Shown one piece after another: positions 46,978 through 55,781 of a stretch of DNA of 64,000 nucleotides; the first letter of the stretch is position 1, and each line of letters starts with the position of its first letter. The notes under the pieces were generated by a model that worked only from the letters and a program-made list of their open reading frames with translations, did no database searches and was not told where the DNA came from. Source of the stretch: an uncultured Planctomycetaceae bacterium (GTDB lineage: Bacteria > Planctomycetota > Planctomycetia > Planctomycetales > Planctomycetaceae). The position numbers and the translations under genes are program-made. The DNA is taken from contig CAYRVS010000007.1 of assembly GCA_964427725.1 (NCBI GenBank), forward strand, positions 7,255-71,254, in the 5' to 3' direction.

Positions 46978-48510
46978 TCAAGGCGTCGGGGGACGTGGGG
47001 AATCGGTCACGGAGGTCGAGCGTCCGCCGTAGCACGGCACGGCCCGCTCCAATCGCTCCCGCAAGTCACGATTGGCGGCTTCCCGGGCTTCCCAGTCGGG
47101 GTAGGCGGCATGCCGGCAAGTCGCCTCCAGGGATTTCAGTTTCGGGAGTTTTGCCAAGTGACCGATCCCTTCATCATCTAGCGGAAAATCGTGGATCGTG
47201 ACGGACTCCAACTCCGGAAAGCCGCGCAGCATCGCCAGCCCCGCGTTACTGACCCGGGTGCCGCTGAGACTCAGAAACCGGAGCCGCGACAGCCCCCGCA
47301 GCGCCGCCAATCCGGTGTCCCCCACCTGCGTTTCGTTGAGCGACACCCCCTGCAAGCCGGTCAGCCCGGCGAGATGCACGACTCCGGCGTCGCCGATCGT
47401 CGTCCGATCAAGCGAGACCGTCTCCAACTGACGGCAATTGGCCAGCGGCGCCAGATCCTGATCCCGCACCGCCGATCCCGACAAGACCAGCCACCGCAGC
47501 GCCGGAAACGCCGGGATCGCCGTCAGCTCCTTCACGCCGGGCCCCAGCACCAGGTGCGTCAACGCGGGCAACCCGGCCAGATGCCGCAACCCCGCGCCCT
47601 CGATCCGCGGCGCATGCAACTCCAGGGTTTGCAGCCGTTGCAAGGGGCCGAACGCCTCCAGCCCGGCATCGGTCATTCCGGCGGTCTCGTCGATAAACAA
47701 CCATTCGAGCGCCCGCAGCTTGGCCACGTGCCGCATCCCCGCGTCGTCGATCCGGCCACGACCGAATCGTCCGCCGAACTGCTTGAGCTGCTGCATCCCC
47801 TGCAGATGGACCAGCCCGTCGGCGGTCACCTCGTCGAGCGGAATGCGCAGCGCCTCCAGTTTCGTCAGAGGCCGCAGGTAGTACATGCCCCCGTCGTTCA
47901 ACCGGGTCCAAGAGAGGTCGAGCCGCGTCAGCGTCGGCATCGTCCGCAGGTACGCCAGATCCTCGTTGAGGATCCGCTCCGAGGGGCCGCGCTCCAGATC
48001 GGGCAGTCGGCTAAAATCGACTTCAGTCGCCTCATGGAAATGCGCGTCGCCCAGCAGCGCACGGACCTCCGGGTGGGTCTCGCAGAGCCGCTTGGGGACC
48101 GCGATTTCGTAGGCTAATCGCGCGAGATGACTGATCGCCAGCCGCTGACTGCGGAGCACCACGACTTCCGGCCGCGCGGCTTGAAACTCCGCCAGCGCCG
48201 CGTCGGGGAGATCGACGGAATCGAGCACCAAGACCCGCAGCGACGTGACCTTCGCCAAAGACCGGAGATGTTCGGCATGAAAGCGCGGTCCGCCGATGGC
48301 CAACGTCTTCAGTCGCGGCATCCGCCGGAGCATCATCATGGACTCCAAGGGATGCGGTTCATCCGAAAGGTCGACATGCACGGCCCGCTCGACCAAGTCG
48401 CCGTCACGGATGGTTTTGTCGCCGCGGTAGACGACTTTTTCCGCATCTTCCGCCGTGACCAGTTGGGCATGGAGCAGCCAGCCCGCCGCAAGGATCAGCC
48501 GGTAGATCAT
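46978..48510 (-). CDS. Secreted leucine-rich repeat (RNI-like) protein (LRR2)
   Basis: 510 aa with the signal peptide MIYRLILAAGWLLHAQLVTAED. It has repeated units such as L.GL..V.L..T.V.D.GL..L. The ATG lies 3 nt after the P2 stop (TAAGCCATG). Confidence 0.8.
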   Translation of the reverse strand: MIYRLILAAGWLLHAQLVTAEDAEKVVYRGDKTIRDGDLVERAVHVDLSDEPHPLESMMMLRRMPRLKTLAIGGPRFHAEHLRSLAKVTSLRVLVLDSVDLPDAALAEFQAARPEVVVLRSQRLAISHLARLAYEIAVPKRLCETHPEVRALLGDAHFHEATEVDFSRLPDLERGPSERILNEDLAYLRTMPTLTRLDLSWTRLNDGGMYYLRPLTKLEALRIPLDEVTADGLVHLQGMQQLKQFGGRFGRGRIDDAGMRHVAKLRALEWLFIDETAGMTDAGLEAFGPLQRLQTLELHAPRIEGAGLRHLAGLPALTHLVLGPGVKELTAIPAFPALRWLVLSGSAVRDQDLAPLANCRQLETVSLDRTTIGDAGVVHLAGLTGLQGVSLNETQVGDTGLAALRGLSRLRFLSLSGTRVSNAGLAMLRGFPELESVTIHDFPLDDEGIGHLAKLPKLKSLEATCRHAAYPDWEAREAANRDLRERLERAVPCYGGRSTSVTDSPRPPTP

Positions 48511-48513
48511 GGC

Positions 48514-50259
48514 TTATTCCACGCTCCCCACGGATCGAATCGTGATGTTTCGGTACTTGACCTTGCTGCCCCAGTGACCCAACAGTCGGATTTTCAGGTC
48601 GCCGTGACCGTGGAGATAGACATCCGGCTCAGGATCCTGCGCGCGATCACCCCCGGTGTGCCGCGATGACCTCGTCCCCGACTTGAGTTCACCTTGGAAC
48701 CCCCCGGCGTAGCTTTCAATCGGATTGACGCTGGTATGCAAGTAGGCGTTCAGGCATTTGTCGCCATTCGCCTTGTAACGTGCCGGCAGGAAACAGATCC
48801 GCAGCGAATTCCATGCACTTCGATCCAAATGATTGTGATGAACATACGGCTCCATCATCGGGGCCAGATTGTCGGCTCGATGGCCCCAATACATGTTCAG
48901 AGGTTCCTCGGTGCCACCAATGAGACGCAGCGGACTCTCGTTGGCCCCCAAAGGGATCGCGGAGCTAACGGCGGTTTCCGGCTTCGGGAAGTTTCCCTTG
49001 ATCGGGTCGGTCAAGAAGACATCCTGGAAATACGAGACCGGATAACCCGCGACGATCGCACAAATGCAATCGGCTCCACCCGTGTTAATCGCCGCCGTGA
49101 AGCCCGGTGACAACGTCGGGTTGAAAAAGGTCTTTTCATCCGCCAAGAGGATCCCTTCCTGCGCTTGATTACTCCCAAGCAAGGCCCACGTGCCGCGCTG
49201 CGTCCAGTCGCTGCCATAGTCCAATCGGACGAACCGATTCTTTGCAACGGACGCGAAGTTTCTCGCGCCTCCGGTCATCCCGCTGTTGTCCGTGACTTGC
49301 ACTTCGTACAGGTACTTGGACCGCGCATTCCCGTCCCATCCGTAGATTCCGACCCCGCTGTTGCCTAAAAACGTTGGACGGTGCTTGTTCTCGGCGACTC
49401 GATTGAGGGGAAAGATCGGCAGTTGCTCCGGGTCGAAGCGGTACTCCAGTTCCAGGATGAAACCATCAGGATAGGAACGCACGGTTGTCACGTGCTCATT
49501 GCACTCACGCTCCCAAGGATTGGCCTGTGTCGTCGTGGGCGTCGTGACGATTCCCGTGGCCGCATCGTATCCCCAAACGTAATCACCCGCTTGTGGGATC
49601 GTCCAATGACTCCAGCCCGCCTGCACGAGACCGCCTTGATGATCCGTGCATGATGGGCGGCCGGGGCAGCCTCCCCCCGAACTGCTGCTGGAGCTCGTCG
49701 GGGACGAGGAACTCGAAGGCTGTCCCGAGCTGCTGCTCGAGGGACCGCCGGAGCTGCTGGATGACGACGAGGAAGAGGACGACGACGAAGAGGCCGAACT
49801 GCTGCTGGAAGATGACGAGGCGGGCCCCGACGACGAACTGCTCGACGAACTCGTACTGCCGCTGGAGGAGGACGAACTCGCGCTCGACGACGAGCTGGAA
49901 CTGGAGGCGCTTGACGAACTCGAGGACTGGCTGCTGCTCGAGGAACTGGGCCCCGAGGAACTGCTGCTGGACGAGGAACCGCCCGAGGAGGACGAGCCGC
50001 CGCTGGATGAACTTGGTCCGGAGCTAGGGCTGCTCGACGAGGAGCCACCCGAAGAAGATGAGCCGCCCGAGGACGACGAACCACCGCTCGAGCTGGAGCC
50101 GGTGCTCGACGACGGCCCGCCGGAACTGCTGGAGGAGGACCACCCCGATGACGACGAGCCTCCGCCGGTGCCGCTGCTCGAAGAGCTCCAGGGGATCGCG
50201 GAAGAGGACGAACTGGAACCGGTGCTGGAAGACCACCACCACGACGAACTGCTGCTCAT
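48514..50259 (-). CDS. Poly-Ser / DUF1080-like protein, copy P2 (intact)
   Basis: The start is set at ATG 50259 (MSSSSSWWWSSS...) by homology with the P1 start; the track ORF extends to 50325. About 195 residues are almost purely Ser/Gly. After them comes a ~385-aa domain with the DUF1080-like blocks FILELEYRF, NSGVGIYG, YEVQVTDNSG and LLGHWGSKVKYRNITIRSV. Confidence 0.7.
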   Translation of the reverse strand: MSSSSSWWWSSSTGSSSSSSAIPWSSSSSGTGGGSSSSGWSSSSSSGGPSSSTGSSSSGGSSSSGGSSSSGGSSSSSPSSGPSSSSGGSSSSGGSSSSSSSSGPSSSSSSQSSSSSSASSSSSSSSASSSSSSGSTSSSSSSSSGPASSSSSSSSASSSSSSSSSSSSSSGGPSSSSSGQPSSSSSPTSSSSSSGGGCPGRPSCTDHQGGLVQAGWSHWTIPQAGDYVWGYDAATGIVTTPTTTQANPWERECNEHVTTVRSYPDGFILELEYRFDPEQLPIFPLNRVAENKHRPTFLGNSGVGIYGWDGNARSKYLYEVQVTDNSGMTGGARNFASVAKNRFVRLDYGSDWTQRGTWALLGSNQAQEGILLADEKTFFNPTLSPGFTAAINTGGADCICAIVAGYPVSYFQDVFLTDPIKGNFPKPETAVSSAIPLGANESPLRLIGGTEEPLNMYWGHRADNLAPMMEPYVHHNHLDRSAWNSLRICFLPARYKANGDKCLNAYLHTSVNPIESYAGGFQGELKSGTRSSRHTGGDRAQDPEPDVYLHGHGDLKIRLLGHWGSKVKYRNITIRSVGSVE

Positions 50260-50397
50260 GAAATCGGCCCACAACTCCAACCACGTCGGTTGCTTGATTG
50301 GATTACGGCAGGGACATGCGACCACTCCCGATCCGTGGCATCCCCCGGCGGCATCGAAGGTCGACCATGCTCATGTTCCGCAAGAATGTTTCAGCAT

Positions 50398-50432
50398 GCC
50401 GCGTGAACATCAGACCCGCAAGACCAATCTCG
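50398..50432 (-). promoter_or_regulatory. Conserved 35-nt element upstream of P2
   Basis: Identical to 46620-46654. Confidence 0.35.
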
Positions 50433-50481
50433 GGCGGTGCAGGGCCTTCGCTGATTTCATTGTGGGAGAGCAACTCGACCG

Positions 50482-50548
50482 GTCTAGTGTCTAGAGTCTA
50501 GAGCAAGAAATGCGGTGAGAATCAGGGGTTTTCCCTGGCACTAGACTC
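50482..50548. promoter_or_regulatory. TCTAGA-rich repeat/inverted-repeat cluster in the divergent region between P2 and the macro-domain gene
   Basis: GTCTAGTGTCTAGAGTCTAGAG (50482-50503), the hairpin CAGGGGTTTTCCCTG, then CACTAGACTC (50539-50548). CTAG-containing motifs are otherwise rare in this GC-rich DNA. Confidence 0.3.
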
Positions 50549-50740
50549 TTGGCTCTCGTCACGAGACGCATCACGAAGGCCCCAGTTTCCAACAAGCGAA
50601 GGCCCTGCGGGGGGTGGGGGTGCCCGCGGGTCGGTAGACGCCGCAACGCAAAGTCGGCCATGAATGGATCGCTCTCGGACCCAGCTTTCGACGACCAGTG
50701 CGGCGGCTGCGGTTTGACGCGGGTTTCCCGGTAGTTTCTG

Positions 50741-51295
50741 ATGCGGATCACCGAAGCGGCGGAGCGCTGCGCACCGCGTCTTGAGCCCGGAAGATTCCCT
50801 TGCCGTCGAGGAAAAACCGTGCCGCTGCTTGTCGTCGAAGGGGATCTGCTTGATCAGCCGGTCGAGGTGATCGTGAATCCCTGGAATCGGAACTGGATCC
50901 CGTGGTGGCTGCTGCTGCCGCAGGGGGTTTCCGGAGCGATCAAGCGACGGGCGGGGTATCAGCCGTTTCGGGAATTAGGTCGGTTGGGACCGCTCGCGTT
51001 GGGACAGGCGGTGGAGACAACCGCCGGTCGGCTGCCTTATCGGGCGATCATTCATGTCGCCGGGATTAATCTGCTGTGGTGCTCGACGGAATGGTCGATC
51101 CGGGAATCGGTCAGGCGGGCGTTGGCGCTGGCCCAGTCGCGGGGGTTTCGCTCGATCGCCTTTCCGCTGATCGGAGCGGGAACGGGGGGCGCGAACGCCA
51201 AGCGGGTACTGGCGTGGATGACCGCGGAGGTCGAGCAAGCCGACTACGCCGGGGACGTGCGGATTGTGCGGTTTCGGCCACCGGGGCGGACCTGA
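50741..51295 (+). CDS. Macro-domain (ADP-ribose binding/hydrolase) protein
   Basis: GDLLDQPVEVIVNPWN, GVSGAIKRRAG, AIIHVAGI and SIAFPLIGAGTGG are canonical macro-domain blocks. The likely true start is GTG 50819, preceded by GAGGAAAAACC. Confidence 0.75.
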   Translation: MRITEAAERCAPRLEPGRFPCRRGKTVPLLVVEGDLLDQPVEVIVNPWNRNWIPWWLLLPQGVSGAIKRRAGYQPFRELGRLGPLALGQAVETTAGRLPYRAIIHVAGINLLWCSTEWSIRESVRRALALAQSRGFRSIAFPLIGAGTGGANAKRVLAWMTAEVEQADYAGDVRIVRFRPPGRT

Positions 51296-51587
51296 TCGGA
51301 CGGGGCGGCCGATCTCCATGCCGTTGGGAATGTCACACGGAATCGTCGGGCCGAGGTCGTCGCGGCACCGGCGTCTCCGAAACCTTTCCATCTCGCAAGG
51401 TGTTCAATCGTTGGTGGGACGTGCCGAACTCGGGTTGGACGGGTGCGGCGGTCCTGCCTGATCCCGGTTCCGAACATCGTGGCGCGTGAGACAACCGGTC
51501 TGTTCGCGAGCGGCCGTGGCTGGAACACGGCGCGATGCAGCTCAGCATTCCGAGTCCCCGCCGGCGGGATCCTCCTTCCCAGCGACC

Positions 51588-53456
51588 ATGAGGTGTCTGA
51601 TGCGGATGCGTTGTTGGTGGCCCCTGATGGTCTGCGGGGCGTGCCTGATGGGGGGCGAAGCCCAGGTCGCCCTTGCGGCGAAGAAGTCTCCCGGTGAGCC
51701 CGCGCCGACGGCGATGGACGTCGCCGCGCGGGTCGATCGTCTGATCGAGCAGGAGTTGACCCAGGCGGGGGCGACGATCGCCGGTCCCGCAAGTACCGAG
51801 GATTTCCTCAGACGGATTTCGCTCGACATCACCGGCACGTTGCCGACCCCCGAGCAGGTGACGCTGTTCGGGCTCGATCCCGATCCCGGCAAGCGGGCGC
51901 GGAGGATCGAGCAACTGCTGGCGTCGCCCGCCTATGGCAAGAACTGGGCGAGTTATTGGCGTGATGTCATCTTCCTCAGCGCGACCAACATGCGCGGCCG
52001 TGGCGCGGCGGCGACCTTCGAAGGTTGGATGGTCGACCAGCTCAATCAGAATCGGCCCTGGGATGCGATCGTCACCGATCTGTTGACGGCGACAGGGAAC
52101 GTCAACGAGAACGGTGCGACCGCCCTCTTCTTCGCCCATGGCGCCGAGCCCGAAGAAGTCGCCGCCGAAGCCTGCCGGATCTTCCTCGGCATTCAGATTC
52201 AATGCGCGAACTGTCACGACCATCCGTCCGACATCTGGAAGCGCGAGCAGTTTCATGAGCTGGCGGCGTATTTTCCGCGCACGGCGGTCCGGCCGATTCT
52301 GGTCGACGGGATGCAGCGCGGGTTCGAGGTCGTTTCGGTCAATCAGGCCCGCCGCGCCCCGGGCGAGATGCTGAAGGAGAACCCCGAGCGGCTGTTCATG
52401 GTCGCCGACCGCAACCGCGATCGGAAGATCACCAAGGAGGAAGTTCAGAATCTGCCGCAACTCAACATGGTGGCCCGGATCTTCGACCGAATTCTCGAAA
52501 ACGGCGACACCAACAAAGACCACGCGATCAGTCTGGAGGAAATCCGCCAGCTCGAACTCCCCGGGATGCCGGGACAAGGGGCGACCGAGTACTACATGCC
52601 CGACCTGAAGGATCCCTCGTCTCAGGGGAATCTGATCCAGCCGAAGTTCTTCGTCGACAACTCGCGGCCCGGCAAGGGGCTCAGCGATGAAGACCGGCGA
52701 AAAGCGGCGGCCAAGGCCTTCACCGATGTCGACAACCCGTGGTTCGCCCGGGCGGTCATCAACCGCGTCTGGCACGAACTGTTGGGCGAAGGGTTCTACA
52801 TGCCGGTTGACGACCTCGGCCCGACCCGTACGCCGACCTATCCGCAAGTTCTCGACACCCTCGCCGACGGGTTCATCGCCAACCGGTACGACCTGAAATG
52901 GCTGGTGCGGACGGTGACGAACACGCAGGCTTATCAGCGGCAGGTGCGGCCGCGTTCCGCCTCGCCGGAAAGCCTGCCGTTCGCCGCGCAAACGCCGACC
53001 CGGTTGCGGTCGGACCAACTCTTCAACGCGCTGTCGAGCGTGCTGGGCTTCCGTGAGCGGGAACCCCCCGCCGCGATGAACGGCATGATGGGGATGTATG
53101 CGGCGATGCGGTCACCGCGGAATCAGTTCAACCAGCTCTTCACGTTCGATCCGTCGACGCCGCAGGAAGACCTGACCGGCAACGTCCAGCAGGCGTTGTT
53201 CCTGATGAATACGCCGCTGTTCCGCAACGCGGCGTCCGCGACGGGGAACTCGCGGTTGGGGCAACTGCTGCGGAAGTATCCCGACGACCAGGACGCCCTC
53301 GCGGAGCTCTATCTGCTGGTGCTGGCCCGCGAACCGAGCGATCAGGAACTGAAGGTCTGCCAGACCCACCTCAAGGAGGTCGGCAGCCGTGGCGAGGCCT
53401 ATGAAGACCTGCTGTGGACATTGATCAACAGCAGCGAGTTTCTGTCACGGCGGTGA
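51588..53456 (+). CDS. DUF1549/DUF1553 (PSD1-type) domain protein with an inserted EF-hand pair
   Basis: The track ORF is trimmed to the ATG at 51588 (MRCLMRMRCWWPLMVCGACLMG signal). DFLRRISLDITGTLPTPEQV and CANCHDHPSD are DUF1549 blocks, and the C-terminal half is DUF1553-like. The EF-hand loops are DRNRDRKITKEE and DTNKDHAISLEE. Confidence 0.85.
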   Translation: MRCLMRMRCWWPLMVCGACLMGGEAQVALAAKKSPGEPAPTAMDVAARVDRLIEQELTQAGATIAGPASTEDFLRRISLDITGTLPTPEQVTLFGLDPDPGKRARRIEQLLASPAYGKNWASYWRDVIFLSATNMRGRGAAATFEGWMVDQLNQNRPWDAIVTDLLTATGNVNENGATALFFAHGAEPEEVAAEACRIFLGIQIQCANCHDHPSDIWKREQFHELAAYFPRTAVRPILVDGMQRGFEVVSVNQARRAPGEMLKENPERLFMVADRNRDRKITKEEVQNLPQLNMVARIFDRILENGDTNKDHAISLEEIRQLELPGMPGQGATEYYMPDLKDPSSQGNLIQPKFFVDNSRPGKGLSDEDRRKAAAKAFTDVDNPWFARAVINRVWHELLGEGFYMPVDDLGPTRTPTYPQVLDTLADGFIANRYDLKWLVRTVTNTQAYQRQVRPRSASPESLPFAAQTPTRLRSDQLFNALSSVLGFREREPPAAMNGMMGMYAAMRSPRNQFNQLFTFDPSTPQEDLTGNVQQALFLMNTPLFRNAASATGNSRLGQLLRKYPDDQDALAELYLLVLAREPSDQELKVCQTHLKEVGSRGEAYEDLLWTLINSSEFLSRR

Positions 53457-53467
53457 GCTGACTTCCT

Positions 53468-53497
53468 GATGCCCAGGGAAGGCCTTCCCTGGGCATC
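53468..53497. repeat. 30-nt perfect palindrome GATGCCCAGGGAAGGCCTTCCCTGGGCATC
   Basis: Read directly. It sits between the DUF1553 stop (53456) and the DUF1501 start (53543). Confidence 0.8.
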
Positions 53498-53542
53498 CCT
53501 TCAACTTTCTTCCACATCCATCCATCCCGAAAGACATCCAGC

Positions 53543-54850
<1,308 letters not shown>

Positions 54851-54885
54851 TCGGTAGGGATACGCAAATGTGACGTAGACTGAAG

Positions 54886-54913
54886 AAGCCCACCCATGGC
54901 GATGGGTGGGCTT
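54886..54913 (+). terminator. Strong hairpin after the DUF1501 gene
   Basis: AAGCCCACCCAT-GGCG-ATGGGTGGGCTT forms a 12-bp perfect stem 36 nt after the stop. No U-tract follows. Confidence 0.4.
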
Positions 54914-55087
54914 CCCACGCGTCAGAAACGAATCCGACGGCCCTCCCGCCGACAACATGTGGGCCGCGATTCCAGATACCGAATCGGTCACATCGGACTG
55001 ACGCTCGAACGGGAATCGCGGACGGGGTTCTGCTTGAGGTTCCTCACTGGTCGTCTCTCAGAGGAGGGTCGTTTCTCAGGGGAGTAT

Positions 55088-55315
55088 TCACTCCGCTTCG
55101 ACCAGGGCATAGACTTTCCCGGCCTGCCGTAACCAAGCGAGATCACCCTGTTCGGCGTGCGTTTGAACTTCGCGGAGAAACTCGACCGTTTCGGCTTCCA
55201 AGCACGGTTCGGTCGGATCATCCAGTGGATAGACCCATTCCACATCCACCGCGACCACGTAGCGGGGTGACTGAATCCACTGAGTCCGCGTTTCTCGTTG
55301 CCCGTGAATCCGCAT
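55088..55315 (-). CDS. Small hypothetical protein; positional candidate antitoxin
   Basis: 75-aa acidic ORF that starts 31 nt downstream of the DUF4258-like gene. I recognise no family, so the call rests on context alone. Confidence 0.3.
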   Translation of the reverse strand: MRIHGQRETRTQWIQSPRYVVAVDVEWVYPLDDPTEPCLEAETVEFLREVQTHAEQGDLAWLRQAGKVYALVEAE

Positions 55316-55346
55316 GGGTCAGATTCCAAGATCGTTAACCTGTGGC

Positions 55347-55634
55347 TCAATCCACGAAGAACACCGTCACCAACTTCACGCACCGACTGCCCGACAGCAA
55401 GGCCCAAATCGCTTTGATCTCAGTCCCATCCGGCAACAGCTCCAAGACTTCGATCGTCGGGTTCGGCGAAGCATCGGGCCGCTCGGCAAGCAACTCGGCA
55501 TCCGCCAAGCCGTCCACGACTTGCCATTCCATGATGCCCCGTTCAAGCAGTCGCTCCGAGGCATGAAGTCCAATCAGATAACGCTCATCCGCAACGAGTT
55601 TACGAATGTCCCATCCAACGACATCATACGTCAC
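55347..55634 (-). CDS. DUF4258-like small protein (toxin-type domain)
   Basis: 95 aa. HASERLLERGIMEWQVVDGLADAELLAERPD...IEVL...KAIWAL...VKLVTVF follows the DUF4258 pattern (H..ER..ERGI....V...L.....I...). Confidence 0.5.
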   Translation of the reverse strand: MTYDVVGWDIRKLVADERYLIGLHASERLLERGIMEWQVVDGLADAELLAERPDASPNPTIEVLELLPDGTEIKAIWALLSGSRCVKLVTVFFVD

Positions 55635-55781
55635 CGAACGCCAGACCGGGAACGGACGAGAGATCGCCGTGAGGGTTCTTCCGGCGAACCCAAATCTGCT
55701 TCACTTCGCCGGCGCGATGCTTCCACAGGTCTGCGTACTGACGATTTGCCGTAGTCTCGCTTCAGCTGTTGCTCAGCGCCC

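Noticed and set aside
49488-50084. Arg/Pro/Ala-rich minus-strand frames across the Ser tracts (49488..50084, and the tail of 45848..46465)
   Set aside because: These are alternative frames of the same repeat. In P1 this frame is entered only because of the 1-nt frameshift. It leads to no domain and ends just before the DUF1080-like part.
49646-50494. Acidic Glu/Leu/Asp-rich plus-strand ORFs opposite the poly-Ser tracts (49646..50494 and 45865..46548)
   Set aside because: They mirror the Ser-codon repeats (GCT/CGA/GGA complements). The minus-strand Ser frame continues without a stop into a recognisable DUF1080-like domain in both copies and is translationally coupled to the LRR genes. I cannot exclude antisense translation without expression data, so the point is mentioned under the poly-Ser finding.
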